In this document: in pieces, positions 26,065 to 41,012 of the stretch | Position numbering within the stretch: the stretch's first letter is position 1 | How the letters are laid out: each line of letters starts with the position of its first letter | NCBI GenBank assembly: GCA_964016885.1 | Contig: OZ024747.1 | Coordinates: 74,834,001 to 74,898,000, forward strand | Direction of reading: 5' to 3' | Length of the DNA stretch: 64,000 nucleotides | Source of the DNA: Eledone cirrhosa | Taxonomy: Eukaryota | Translations under genes and position numbers: made by a program | Notes under the pieces: generated by a model | Database searches by the model: none | What the model was told of the DNA's origin: nothing | Seen by the model: the letters and a program-made list of their open reading frames with translations, nothing else

Positions 26065-27408
26065 GACAGGGAGATAGATAGACAGAGAGATAGGTAGACA
26101 GAGAGGTAGATAGACAGAGAGATAGGTAGACAGAGAGGTAGATAGACAGGGAGATGCGTAGACAGGGGGATAGGTAGACAGGGGGATAGGTAGACAGAGA
26201 GATAGGTAGACAGGGAAATAGATAGACAGACAGTGAGACAGATATTTTATCAAAACAGAGACAGATAGACGGAGTGTAATAAAAATAGTGTAAAAAGTAA
26301 AATATTAAAAAAAAAACTTTTAAAATTATTTATCTTTAGGATCTCAGTTCGAAATGGTGTGATTACAGTTTAGGGACTATAATAGAAAAATAGTACCTAG
26401 GTACTTAGGTACTGCCAACTTCCTCTTATCACCCCCTAGGCAGGGGTATAACTAGGGTGTGCCAAACTTGGTATGGGCATCATTTGGTCTAGGAGCACTT
26501 TCTACTAAAGTCAGATAAGCTATTGTTGGAGAGTGACAGTGTTGTGTATTGAACTTGTATTGAGTGTTACTTGACAAGTGCTGTGTAATTGTTTAATTAT
26601 TTAATGACAGCCAATCATATCACAATCACGTGTTTCAAGTGTGCTCCTGTTTTTTTACCTATATATTATACTTGAGCTAAACGGGAGTACACAATTCTAT
26701 CCAGAAGGTTTGAAGTACAGTCCGACAGTTTGAGGAGTACACAATTCTTTCTGTCACCACAGAATTATGTTCAGTGTTATTATTATTATTATTATATCCT
26801 TGCTACAGTTCTACAGTTTATTGTACTTCACTGTGTCGAAATAGAAATTGGTAAATTACTGTTCCTTGTTCATTACCTACATAGAGAAATAAACAAGACA
26901 CAACAGTGGCATTGCTGATAGGATAAGGAAAGTATCTTAGCAATATAAATCTACAGTTGGTCAAAGATGTCACAACCTGGCTTATGGCTTTTGAAGCAAG
27001 GATTTACGTGGACCAAGTGTAGGATAACTTACAAGATGGTGGCCTAAGTCTTATGGTTATGATGTTCATTTCCTTGGTCGAAATACAAGAAATAACGATT
27101 GCAAGCATTGGATGCAGAAAAGGTGAAGTAAGGTATTTGATTATGTGATATTGAACCAAAGCTTTTAATGTGCTAGAATAATTAACAGCATTTGACTTTT
27201 TGAGCTTTTTGACTTTAAGCTTATTTATCTAATTAACCTGGGTTTGGAGATAAAGAGTTTATAGTCAGATGGAAGGTGGAAGAAGTTTTAAGAATTACTA
27301 ACTCTATTAGGTGGCCTTGTTTATTACCAAGAATGAAGACAGTAATAATTATTATTTCAAACAATGGTGTCAAACAAAGCCTCTTCTTGTTGACAGTTAC
27401 AATATTAC

Positions 27409-27476
27409 CATTAGGTATTTTAAGTCTAGGCCATTCTTTATGGCATGGAACTTTTTCTGCAGCTCTTCAACTGATT
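27409..27476 (-). pseudogene. Putative exon, GT13 module 2
   Basis: Strong acceptor ttttttttgcag and donor gtaata. IS*RAAEKVPCHKEWPRLK resembles VLRRSLYKEELEPKWP; an alternative frame is open. Confidence 0.4.
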
Positions 27477-28877
27477 CTGCAAAAAAAACAAAAAACACTT
27501 GTTAAGAGTATCAAAAAAAGCTCTTAAGGACATCTATTTGTGAACTTCTGTGTTATTGCCTCAAGGTCTCTTATTAATAGATGTTGATGTGTGAACAGAA
27601 TTCTAGAGAACAGATACACTAAACCGGTACATTAAATATATTGCTGCAATTCCTAGTATAGTATAGCTTACACAGTTCTTACAGATCATAGTTATTATAG
27701 CCAGATCACAGTTATTACAGATGACAGTTATTATAGCCAGATCACAGTTATTAGAGATCACAGTTCTTACAGATCACAGTTATTATAGCGAGATCACCAT
27801 TCTTACAGATTACAGTGCTTACCTACTCCTAGTTTCCTTAGCACCCTCAGTACAAAATATTAAACATTTTTTGTTTGTTTGTTTGGATCACCAATTCAAT
27901 TCTAAAATATTTTGGGCACAGAGTCTTGTACATTAGAATCATCATCATCATCATCATCATCACCATCCTTTTATATCCACTTTCCATATGGATGTGCATT
28001 GGACAGGCTTTCACAGTTTAGTCTAGACTAGTTACTTGATTTTATGACACAAGAATTCTTCTTTTGAAATGTTCATATTTAAATTAAAACCTGTTATAAT
28101 TTAATATAGGAGACTTTTCTTAATTTATGCTCCAAAAATCATCTTAAAATGAAAAAAAAAAATTATTTTATTAAATCCATCAAAAGCCGTGATTAAACAT
28201 TAAATGAAACACACTGGCAGTGTATACATTAGAAATATGGCCACCAAAGGATTAATGATCCACATATTAAATATGTTAATACTAACTTGTATGTGCATAA
28301 CCTAGTGGTAAGGGTGTTGGACTTAGGATCATAATATCATGGGTTCGCGTCTTGGACTGGCTTGTGTGTTGTGTTCTTGAACAAAGCATTTCATTTCATG
28401 TTGTTTCAGTATACTCAGCTGAAAATGAATACCAGCAATAACTGGGGGCTTAACCCTGTGTTGGACTGGCGTCCTGTCCGGGGAAGACTTGTACTCTCAG
28501 TTGCTTAATGCCATGGAAACTGGGATAAGCACTGGCCTGATGAGCCTCTGACATTGTAATCCAACACCCTTACCATTAGGCTACACACCTCCACTGACAT
28601 ATGGAAATAAAAGAGTTAAAATTATTGACATGCTGAATAGTTCTAGCTGACATATCTATTAGAGTATATTCTCTATAGTTTATCAAATATCTTCACAGTT
28701 CATTGACACATAGGTTTTCAATATTTGTAATTCAAAAAAGTTGATAAGTGGCAGAAACCACTGAGCATTAGATGAAATACTTTGCCCTTTGATATTTAAA
28801 ATCAAAATATTTCTGGATTCAACTTTGTTTTTTATTTTATATCCAACATGAAATAACAAAAATGTACTGGTGCCTAC

Positions 28878-29143
28878 TGGATTTCCTTCAATTGTCTCTA
28901 TTGCTTGCACCCTTCTATACATATAATCTTGTAGCAATGCAGTAAATGAAAATTTCTGATAGTCGGGAGTTCAATACACTTGATAACAGATACTGCATCT
29001 GCTATATATTGGAAATTTTTCTATAACAATTTTGATCTGTTTCCAAGCAATGTACATAAATCGTTTTGTCTCAATCTTCTGGTTGACAACTGGTTCCATT
29101 CTTATTTCATGGCTGGATGGTTAGCAATAGGAAATGAATCCAA
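28878..29143 (-). pseudogene. Putative exon, GT13 module 2
   Basis: tttttttacag|...CCA|gtaggc. KRFMYIAWKQIKIVIEKFP...DYMYRRVQAIETIEGNP, with stops. Confidence 0.45.
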
Positions 29144-29449
29144 CTGTAAAAAAACAATATGTATATCTCATAAATTTATTTTTTTAAATCAGTGCATTGA
29201 TGCCAGAAATGGATATTAGATACAAAATAGCAAAAAAAATGACAAGAGAACTAAGTAAGTTACAGTATGTATTGTAATATAAGTAGGTGTTAGTTTAAAA
29301 CAATGAGTTGGAAACTTTTGTTTTTTCATCTCAATATAGGAAAGAGTGTTGTTACCATAGTTCAGCAATCTTACCTTACTACAAGACAATGAAGTAACCT
29401 GCAAGAAATAGCAGCCAAATTTCACTTGAATCCCATCATACTATCTTAA

Positions 29450-29720
29450 GAATGTGACAGAGAAATAGAGCCAATGATGGATGTTGTGAAGTGTAATGTA
29501 ATGAGATGGCTTGGTCATGTGTTGAGGAAGAATGAAAAGGATTTCATGAGAGGAATAATGGAAACCAGAGAAGGAAGAGGAGGGAGGGGAATACCATGAA
29601 AGACATGACTAAAGGTAATGGGGAGGGGAGATGAAAGAGGGTTGGAGAGGAGAGATGAAGCCAGTAAAATAAAGAAACGTGTTCCACCCACAAGGCTAAT
29701 CCTTGCTTTGACAGGGGAAA
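29450..29720 (+). mobile_element. Old RTE-clade LINE 3' fragment
   Basis: RWLGHVLRKNEKDFMR...GRGGRGIP*KT. Confidence 0.6.
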
Positions 29721-30185
29721 TGACCTTAAAGCACTTGTGTGTGTGTGTGTCTTTGTTTGATGTGTCATGAGTACATCTCATATATATGTGTGTATGTCAT
29801 ATATATGCATATATGTGTGTATGTCTATATATATGTATACATGTGTGTATGTGTGTATGTCATATATATATATATATGTGTGTATGTCATATATATATGT
29901 GTATGTCATATATATATGTGCATGTGTGTATGTCATATGTGTGTATGGCGTCATATATATGTGTGTATGTCATATATGTCTTGAGTGAGTATATGACTCC
30001 TGTATGTTTTGTGTTTGTCTTGTGTGTAATTGCATGTTTCTAGGTATGTGGTGTATGTATATGTATGTGTGTGTGTGTGTGTGTGTGTGTGGATACGTGC
30101 GAATGTATGTGTGTACATGTGAGAGTGTATGTATGTCTGTAATCTATGTGTCATGTGTATATATATATGTTATATATATATATAT

Positions 30186-30635
30186 ATCATCATCATCATC
30201 GTTTAACGTCCATCTTCCACGCTAGCATGGGTTAGACGGGAATTGTCCTACTTGAAGCAAGATTAGTCAGGTGACTGTGTCACCCTTGTATAGGACTATC
30301 TGACAGGTTTTCTACGGATGGATGCCCTTCCTAACACCAACCACATTTACAGCGTGGACTGTGTGTTTTTTGTCATGACACCTACACGATCTTGATCTCA
30401 TTATCTCATTTATTTGGACTGGATGTTGTGGTACCAACTTTACAGAGAGAGGGTGGTGTTGGTGGGAGTGGGAGGATAGGGTAGGGGTAGTGGATTGGGG
30501 TGTATATTTGGTTAAGAGGTGCCTAGTGACTGTAGGTTTCGCTTTGTACATAGGCATGGCAGGTCTTCTGTATTACTGCGTAGCGCCAAAGATCTCGGTC
30601 CAGTAACATTGTCTTGGGGAGGTGCAAGTGTGTAA
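30186..30635 (-). mobile_element. RTE-clade LINE 3' end (diverged copy of the 890-1420 family)
   Basis: (CAT)n tail plus shared 3' UTR and gccaaagatctcggtccag segment. Confidence 0.8.
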
Positions 30636-30639
30636 GTGT

Positions 30640-31700
<1,061 letters not shown>

Positions 31701-32019
31701 GTATGTTCTATAAGGACCAAATACTGATGCCTAGACAGTGTTGTTAAATATGTCAGAAAAGAAGAAATAACCCCTAAAATAGGGACCTCATTGTGGAACA
31801 ATAGAACAAGGTAGGCCACAGAACAGTATACATACATACACACATACATACACACATACATACATACACACACACATACATACCCACATATTTACATACA
31901 TATAATCATACATACATATACACATGCATACAAACACAAGCATACAAACACTCACCACACACACACACACACACATGCATACAAATACACTCACCACACA
32001 CGCATACAAATACAATCAA

Positions 32020-33100
32020 CACACTCACCATAAAGACACTCACTCACCATAAAGACATACACTCACCATAGTGACACTCACTCACCATACAGACACTCAC
32101 TCACCATAGAGACACACTCACCATAGAGATACACTCACCATAGAGACACACTCACCATAGAGACATACACTCACCATAGAGACACACTCACCATAGAGAC
32201 ACACTCACCATAGAGACACACTCACCATAAAGACATACACTCACTCACGATAGAGACACACTCACCATAGAGACACACTCACCATAGAGACACACTCACC
32301 ATAGAGACACACTCACCATAAAGACATACACTCACCATAGAGACACACTCACCATAGAGACACACTCACCATAGAGACACACTCACCATAGAGGCATACA
32401 CTCACCATAGAGACACTCACTCACCATACAGACACTCACTCACCATAGAGACATACACTCACCATAGAGACATACACTCACCATAGAGACATACACTCAC
32501 CATAGAGACATACACTCACCATAGAGACACTCACTCACCATACAGACACTCACTCACGATAGAGGCACACTCACGATAGAGGCACACTCACCATAGAGAC
32601 ACACTCACCATAGAGACACTCACTCACCATAGAGACACTCACTCACCATACAGACACTCACTCACCATAGAGACATACACTCACCATAGAGACATACACT
32701 CACCATAGAGACACTCACTCACCATACAGACACTCACTCACCATACAGACACACTCACCATAGAGACACACTCACCATAAAGACATACACTCACCATAGA
32801 GACACTCACTCACCATACAGACACTCACTCACCATAGAGACACACTCACCATAGAGACACACTCACCATAAAGACACACACTCACCATAAAGACACTCAC
32901 TCACCATAGAGACATACACTCACCATAGAGACACACTCACCATAAAGACACTCACTCACCATAAAGACACTCACTCACCATAAAGACACTCACTCACCAT
33001 AAAGACACTCACTCACCATAGAGACATACACTCACCATAGAGACATACACTCACCATAGAGACACACTCACCATACAGACACTCACTCACCATAGAGACA
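32020..33100. repeat. 16-20 bp minisatellite (cactcaccatagagaca variants)
   Basis: Direct inspection. Confidence 0.95.
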
Positions 33101-34089
33101 GAGAATACTATTGGGAGCATATAGAGATCAGTTGACCAATGGGAGGTTGACATTGCTAACAATTGAGATTGTTAGCAATGTTGTTGTTGTTGTGAACTGA
33201 GATTGTTGTTGTAGTTGTAAAGAAAGATTGTAACTGTTGTTGTAAATAGCTGTGATGGTGTTCCAGTAATGACCATCCTGTCAGGTCATATTTCTGGTAC
33301 AATATTACCTAAATGTGAATTGTCAAACCATTGGAGGTGAGGCACAGTTTCTCGTTGGTTCAAATCCTGACATGGTCAACTCTGACTTTCATCATTTTGA
33401 GGTTGATAAAATAAAAGTATCAGTCAAGTACTGGATTCTATTGTTCTTGTATATGTCTATCTCCCTCTCCCTCCCTCCTTCCCCTATCGCTGCCCCCCCC
33501 CCATCTATATCTGTTCCCTCCCTTCTATCTTCCCCTCCCCTCTCACATTGGTGATGGTGGTGGTGGTAGTTGGTTTATAACGATACAAGGTCACAAATTT
33601 TGGAGAGAAAGTAGTAGAGTTGATTAAATTTCCGCTAGTAATTGACTGCTACTTATTTCATTATTAACTTGTATACAATAATCACTCCAGCAATACCAAT
33701 TACTACTTAATTAGTAAATTAGTAACATGCTGAAAACAGATACTGTTTCTTATTGGTGAAGTTAACAATTTGTAGAATATGAATATAAAAACAATTCACT
33801 CATTTCTACAATATGCAAAAAGTACATTTTTGCCAAGAATTGTTCCATCAGTGATAGCATGGAAAGAGAGGAAAAAGAGAACTACATTTATAGTATTCTC
33901 TAAAGTATACATCGGCTGATTAGCCTAATTTGCATACCAAGCTGACTTTGCCGAAAATTAAAAAAAGCAAAATTAGAATTTGGTTTTTGGCTCTAACATA
34001 GCGTATACGTAAACATATTTGTGAGTTTTATATCAAATGATAATAATACTCAATATGTTTATAAGCAAACAGCCTCGTTATGCTATATA

Positions 34090-34222
34090 TTCTCCAGAGT
34101 CCTAGTGAATGACAGAAGAGAGATACACAGTCTTGACAAAGGGCAATAACCCAGAAACAATATTCCAGAGGATGGAGACCAGTATTTTGAGTAACTTGTG
34201 CAGGTTTCTGTTCTCACCAATT
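34090..34222 (-). pseudogene. Putative exon, start of GT13 module 2
   Basis: IGENRNLHKLLKILVSILWNIVSGLLP resembles [24 protein letters not shown]. Confidence 0.45.
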
Positions 34223-34790
34223 CTATGAATTCATAGAAAAATGGTAGTGCATAATATAAAGCACTCAACTAATACTGTTAAAAGGTAGTGCTGGTGCCAT
34301 GACAAAAAGCACACAGTCCACCCTGTAAGGTAGAGGTGCCAGAGTTAAAATAAAATGCTTTCTGTACATGTGGTTGGTGTTAGGAAAAGCATCCAGCCAT
34401 AGAAACCAAGCTTCCAGTACACACTGTAAAGTGGTTGGTGGTAGGCAGGGCATCCAGCTATATAAACCAGGCCAAAACAAAGCATACAAGCAGGACCAAA
34501 TCAGCTGACCAGTCTAGCCTCAGTACACGACAGCTGACAGCCATCTAATGCATGCAAACAAGGATCATTAAATGGTAATGATGATGATGATATATATGTA
34601 TTCTGTTATTACGGGATTACTGGTTATCTCTGAATGGCTTATCCTTCTGGTGTTGATTTGAATATGTTCAATGAAGACAAAAAACGTATATATATACATA
34701 CAATCCCATATATATGTGTACATAACATATATACATAGTCATATATATGTGTTTACATGACATATACACACACACACATACACATATATA

Positions 34791-35016
34791 TTATTCAAAA
34801 CACACGTGGGAGAAAAAGGTAACAGAAAACTCGGAAAACACAGACACAAGGATAAATTCACACTCACCAGCTGTCTTCTGTTGATCATTATAGTTTCCAA
34901 TACTGTCTTTAAAGCATCCAAAACTATAATGATTCACAGAAGATAGCTGATGAGTGGGTATTTGTGTCTTCTGAGTTTTCTGGTTTCCTTTTTCTCCCAC
35001 GTGTTTTTTTAATAAT
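34791..35016. repeat. Imperfect fold-back (~100-bp arms)
   Basis: cacgtgggagaaaaagg...cagctgtcttctgt..tcattatagttt / aaactataatga..acagaagatagctg...cctttttctcccacgtg. Confidence 0.85.
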
Positions 35017-35571
35017 ATTATCTCAGTAATCACACAGTCCTATTTTAAAATCATCTGTTTTGTATGTGTGTGTGAGTGTGTAAAATCCAGACTGTGGGAC
35101 CTAGCGGTTTCAGCTTGTGTGTCGAAACCACTTCGTGCCATGGTCAGGATTTCACATATCTCTATACCCACTCTATATCTCCATGCATTGAGTACTCCCA
35201 TAATTAGTGGTCTCAGCACTGCAGACTCTCTCTCTCTCTATATATATATATTTTTTTTCCGACTTTCGTCAAATTAGACTGAGGAAACAATGTGTTTGTT
35301 GGTCTTTCCAGTTGCTAGTACTATTTATCGGTCACAACTCCAGGTAGAAGGAGCAACATGAAAATAAAGTGTCTTGCTCAAGGACATAACGCATCGCCCA
35401 GTCCAGGAATCGAACTCACAACCTCAGGATTGTGAATCCAATTCTCTAACCACTCAGCCACACGCCATCACACATATGTATATACACACTCACACACATG
35501 CATATATACATATATATATATACACACTCACACACATGCATATATATATATATACATATCATCATCATCAT

Positions 35572-35622
<51 letters not shown>

Positions 35623-35769
35623 TGTGTGTGAGTGTGTCTATATATATTTGCCAGTGAAGATGTCAACAAACTATCAATATCACCTCAGGATATAACTGCT
35701 ATATTTGACTAATGGTACATTACTGTAATATATGGTATGTTGTCAATAGATGTAAATAGTTGGAATCAC

Positions 35770-35798
35770 CAAATTTGTGTATTTTTCTCTCAAATGTT
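35770..35798 (-). pseudogene. Putative micro-exon, GT13 module 1
   Basis: ctttttcag|...TTG|gtgatt. Reads RTFERKIHKF and is phase-compatible with the previous exon. Confidence 0.4.
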
Positions 35799-36160
35799 CT
35801 GAAAAAGTGAGTACAAGAAGGTCAGCAATGAAAAGTTTACAACATATATAATATAGCATATAGTTAAGTTGGCAGAATAAAGCATTTAATAGAGCTTTTA
35901 CAAATTTCTTCTCCTCTTCTTCTTCTGCTTTCCTCCTCCTCCTCTCTCTTCCCACCATCACCAATATTATGACAGCTTTCATACAGGTATTGTTAAGACA
36001 TATACATAATATGGAGTATCTCACTTGTGTCTATCTGTATCCAGCATGTTCATCTCTCCCTTACTCTCTTATCACTTATTTCTTCTTTGATCTTACTACC
36101 TTACCTTTACAGAAGTAACCTTTTTGTTCAATACCAGTCACCCATTCTCATTATATACAT

Positions 36161-36194
<34 letters not shown>

Positions 36195-36433
36195 ATATTA
36201 TAAACCAGCATATATCTGTAGTATTCATTGGTCAGAGTGTTTCCTATAACCAGCTGCAGTGTTTAACTGTCTTTCATCTTAGTTTATAGTTCACATCAAA
36301 CAAACCATATTTTCCTTTCACTTTCCTCTTGCTACTACATCCACAACCTCTGCTGTTTTCAACTAGATAGCAGTGTACCCTTTTCACTCAAACTTACCAC
36401 ACCCACCCATCATCTCTCCTCTCTTCCCAATAC

Positions 36434-36575
36434 CTTTACTGTATCCCAAATGCCAGATCTTGAATAAAACATTTTGCCTGGTTTGTCCTCCCCTAAGCTG
36501 CAACTATTCCCAACTTGACCAGATTATTTTTACTCCAGTTATTAAGCTACAGATATTCAAGATGTATCTGGACAT
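36434..36575 (-). pseudogene. Putative exon, GT13 module 1 (W-rich / C-x-I-x-D region)
   Basis: atgtag|...AAG|gtattg. HLEYL*... / IIWSSWE*LQLRGGQTRQ / KCFIQDLA resembles ELEPKW...[24 protein letters not shown]. Confidence 0.55.
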
Positions 36576-38121
36576 CTACATATTAAACTTCTGCTGTTAT
36601 TGACCAACAGATGTGTTTTAAGCACATTAACCTTTTTGTTACAATATTTCTCATAAAGACACTGCTGATCTAAACCTGGTCATAACAACATTTTCTGATG
36701 TATATTAGGTACACCTGGGTGCGGTGACACACCTCTCAGAGGTTGTTGTTGTTTTGGGGTTTTTTTTAGACAGAACATCTGTCTCTCTTATACTCTCATG
36801 TCTGTCATCCATTCACTCTGATCCATCTTCTGCCATTGCTTTCTCTTCTATTCACACTATTGCCTTTAATAAACAGATATGAAGGGTATGGTGTACCTTT
36901 TAGTTTTGCAAGGTCCAAGTTAAACACACTGGTGCTGGTGCAACAATAAAATATACCCAGTACACTCAGTGAGTAGTTGATTTTAGGAGGGACATCTAGA
37001 TTTAGAAATCATGCCACAAATAGAACATATAAGCGAGTCATGGTTCGTCAACTCAGCTAGTTTCAGAACATGACAACCACTTAATCCACGTCAGCGGAGA
37101 AAGTGGGCATAAAATGATGATATCTAAGACTACATTATCCTATGTTGTGATTTGAGAAAGATTTAGCTGCTATTTCTAGCAGGTTAAACAACTGGATAGA
37201 GGCTTCCTTGTTGTCTTTCTGAGCTGGGATTTATTAGTACAGGTCATGGATTTGTAGAATTAAGGGATCTAAAATAAAGATGTTGTGCTGAAGTCTCAGC
37301 AATTAAGCCCCCAATCTAGCTGCAATGTGTTTAGAAGAAGCCAACAGAATATAACTGTCAGTGAAAATCTGGTGAAGAAATAGAAAAAAAAGGAGATTAT
37401 TCTCATATTTCACATATTTGATACTACATAATCCTGAGTTAAGTCTCAATCTTAAGAATCTTCATTGGGAAAAGATTATGTGAGAACACTTTTTTTGTTT
37501 TTTTTCCCTATTTTTCCAATGTCTACCACCCAAAGTCATTATTATCATTATTGATAACTTTGTGTGGTAGATTAAGAAAATGGGGTGGAGGGACGAAAAA
37601 ACAAAGCTGGCTCAAAACATCTGGTTCAGCTTTTTGTAGGTCAGAGTTCAGATTAAATCATTCAGCTGGATCTTTTTATTTTGCTTTTGTTATTTTTTTT
37701 ATCATATTTGCTGGATTAAGTTATTTAACCCTTTTGTTACCATATTTCTAATAAAATACTCTCTGTTTTAATTAATTCTGAAAATAGTTTTTTAAAAGGG
37801 GAGGAATTTAATTAAATTACTAACTTTTTTATTTTTTAATTGGTGTTTAGGGTGGTGGATTTGCAGAAGCTGTAGAGTGTCAAATGATATGCTTTGTGAT
37901 ATTTGTTCCTGCTCTGACGTTCTGTTTTCAAACCTCACCAAGGCTTTCATCCTTTCGGGTTGATAAAATAAAGTACCAGTAACACACTGGGGTTGATTTA
38001 ATTGACTATGCCTGTCCCTCAAATTTCTGGCCTTGTGCCTAAATCAGAAACCATTATTAAGTTGGTGTTTAAGATGGTAGGTAGATTGGCAAAATTGTCA
38101 GAGCACTGGACAAATACTAAC

Positions 38122-38204
38122 AAAGTACTTGAAATGTTGGCCTTAGCACACAGACTCTTCCGCCCCATACTCCTTCATAAACTTGGACATTGTTGACATA
38201 GATG
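38122..38204 (-). pseudogene. Putative exon, GT13 module 1
   Basis: ttttccaag|...T|gttagt. Open frame IYVNNVQVYEGVWGGRVCVLRPTFQVL, phase-compatible with both neighbours. Confidence 0.5.
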
Positions 38205-38920
38205 CTTGGAAAATATATAATATAATTTTTTCAAGATATTATATTCTAAGAATAAATTTGTTTGGAATCTATCTCTTTGTAAATGTTATTAAATTTGATA
38301 CAAACTATAAGATTTTAACATTTACTTGGTTAGAAAATAAAAAAATAAGCTATATTTCCTTGATTTTTCAATATTCAATCCCCAGAAAGAAATTAATTTG
38401 AATAATAGTTGGTCTATTTGCATAAATGTTCCATTTTCTATGTGAGTTCTTAAATGGAAGCATTATGGTATTTACATTAAAGAAATAAAATTATTTAAGA
38501 ATGAAAGTTATCTGGTAATAATTCTCTTTATTGCCAAATTAATTTATACAGTTAAACAACTATTGTCCAAACTAGGGTGTCAATTGATTTTGCTATTAAC
38601 GAGCTTTGTACTCACTAAACTGCTATGAAATTCTTAATGGTTATTATTATAACCTTCTGCCCACCCTACCCCAGCTTCTCTCTTTTTTTCTCACCACATA
38701 CTCACACATATGTATGTGTGTATGCATGTATGTGTGTATGTATGTATGTGTGTATGTATATATATGTGTGTGTATGTGTGTGTATATATATATATATGTA
38801 TATATATTTATATATATCTATATATATATATATAGTTCTGTGTGTGTGTTTGTGTGTGTTTGTTAGTGTGTGTGTGTGTGCAACTTCTGACATATTTGAA
38901 ATCTGTTCTTGTTTGTTTAA

Positions 38921-39127
38921 CCCTTTAGCATTCACATTATTTTATAAATACTATTATATTTTCATGGTAAAGGCTTTACCTCACATAATATCGAATCTAT
39001 GAGATTTTGAAAGTATTTATTTTGAGAACAATACCTTAACATTAGTTTGAGTGGCCAGTTACAGCCAGTTTCAACAGAAAGAGGTAGAGAATTCTGGCCG
39101 GTTTTGGCCGGTTTGAACATTAAAGGG
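38921..39127. mobile_element. piggyBac-like MITE (TTAA-CCC...GGG-TTAA); relatives at 47068-47263 and 49776-49993
   Basis: TTAA flanks, termini CCCTTTAG.../...TAAAGGG, and three mutually similar copies. Confidence 0.75.
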
Positions 39128-39409
39128 TTAATTTAGATAGGTACTTAGACATTGGCTTGATTAAATAGCTGGCTTACATGAAGTTTATACATACATACAT
39201 ATATATATATAATCATCATCTTCACTGTCTAATATCCATTTTCCACACTAGCATGGGCTAGATGGGTTTTCCTGTTGTAAGACAAGTCATATCAGATGAT
39301 CATGTCTTGTCTTGCTCACACAAAGCTGTTTCTAGCTTGGTTTCTACTGTTGGATGCTCTTCTTAACACCAACCACAATTACAGTATGGACACACACACA
39401 CACATACAC

Positions 39410-39443
<34 letters not shown>

Positions 39444-40339
39444 ATAGGTACAGGCATGTCTCTGTAGTAAAAATTTGGGGCTTGATCCTACTACCTGGCA
39501 ACTTAGGCAAGAAGAGTGTTCTACTATCGATCCATTTAGGTCTTCCTTGGTCTTCCTTTACTGCAGCTTCCTTCCACTGGGATTACTTAGCACTTCTTCA
39601 CCCACCGATCATCATTCATATATATATATATATATATATATATTAATATATATATATATAAATCAAGATGGAATCTGTTTGAAACTAGTTAGAGCATTAC
39701 TCAACAGAGTACTCAATACTTGGGGTAGTAGAGTGTGGTCAGGAACTAGCTTTTGAAATGATGAGCTCAGTCGTCAGGTCCCAACTCTTTATGATATATA
39801 TATATATATATATTATAATCATCATTATCATTTTACATCTGTTGTTCCATACAGCATCTGTCCTCTTGTTGTATTCCTTTGTCATCTCTTCCGTGAGCTT
39901 TAATAATCTGAGGTCAGTTCTCTCCACTTCCAACCAGGTCTTCCTTGGTCCTCCTCTAATGTGCCTTCCTCTAATGTGCCTTGGATTATTTAACACTTCT
40001 TCAACCAGTGATCACCATCTATGCTGTTTTACATAAATATTTATATTTCATCAACAAATAATTTTTTTACCATATTAGCAACAACAATAACAAAAAAATA
40101 AGAAAATAACTTTATGGAAAAAATAAATTAATAGCAAAAATATTTTTAAGATAAATAATTTTATATATAGACTATTTTCATTAATTGCCAAACAAAATTA
40201 CGGACAATTTAACACAACAAATTAGTTATTAATTCAGCCAAACAACCAACTCATTAAAATTAAAAATACTTTTATACAATGGTTCTCAGACTATCGTCAA
40301 CATCATTTAACGTCCGTTTTCCTTAGTAGCAAGAGTTGG

Positions 40340-40512
40340 ATGTGGTTCTCAACTGGGGTCCACATGGACCCCCAGGGTCCATGTAATATTTCTGGGGGTC
40401 CACAGGCAAAAAATAGAATAAGCTTTTCTTTTGTCGACTAGCTATGAGGGGTTCCAGCCCCCCCAAAATAAGGGAAAAGGGGCCATGAGTAAAAAAAGGT
40501 TGAGAACCACTG
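40340..40512. mobile_element. hAT (Charlie-like) MITE
   Basis: TIRs GTGGTTCTCAAC ... GTTGAGAACCACTG. Confidence 0.75.
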
Positions 40513-40874
40513 GTCTAGACAGACCAAGTCAGTACTGAAGCAGGACCATTGACTTCCCAGATAGGCCATGGAGGTCTGTAACCCACTTACATACGGTCAT
40601 TACTGAGTGCAGAGGAGTTCTCATGTCTTTCGACACAAAACTGAGGGTTTGTCCTAACCCCTTGTTTGGCAAGCTTTATATGGCTGGATGCCCTTCCTAA
40701 CACTAACCACTTTACTGCATGTACTGGTTGCTTTTATTGTCAATCACCAACAAACACTATATATATATATATAGTAAATTCTTGAAACTTGATCTATTTC
40801 TTGTGTTATATATATATATATACATATATGTGTGTGTGTGTGTGTATAATGTATTTATTTCTGTTTGCTTTATG

Positions 40875-40908
<34 letters not shown>

Positions 40909-40969
40909 GAGCATGAACCTAATAAACCTTTATTTGTCTGCCTCTCTGTTTTGTTCCCGTCTAAATTTG

Positions 40970-41012
<43 letters not shown>

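Noticed and set aside
26950-27135. Plus-strand exon-like segment (AYGF*SKDLRG) faintly like the POMGNT1 C-terminus
   Set aside because: It is on the opposite strand to the other segments, has stops, and the similarity is too short to support.
28535-28550. CTGATGA motifs at about 28537, 34947 and 63270
   Set aside because: There is no downstream stem II-GAAA-stem III, so these are not hammerheads.
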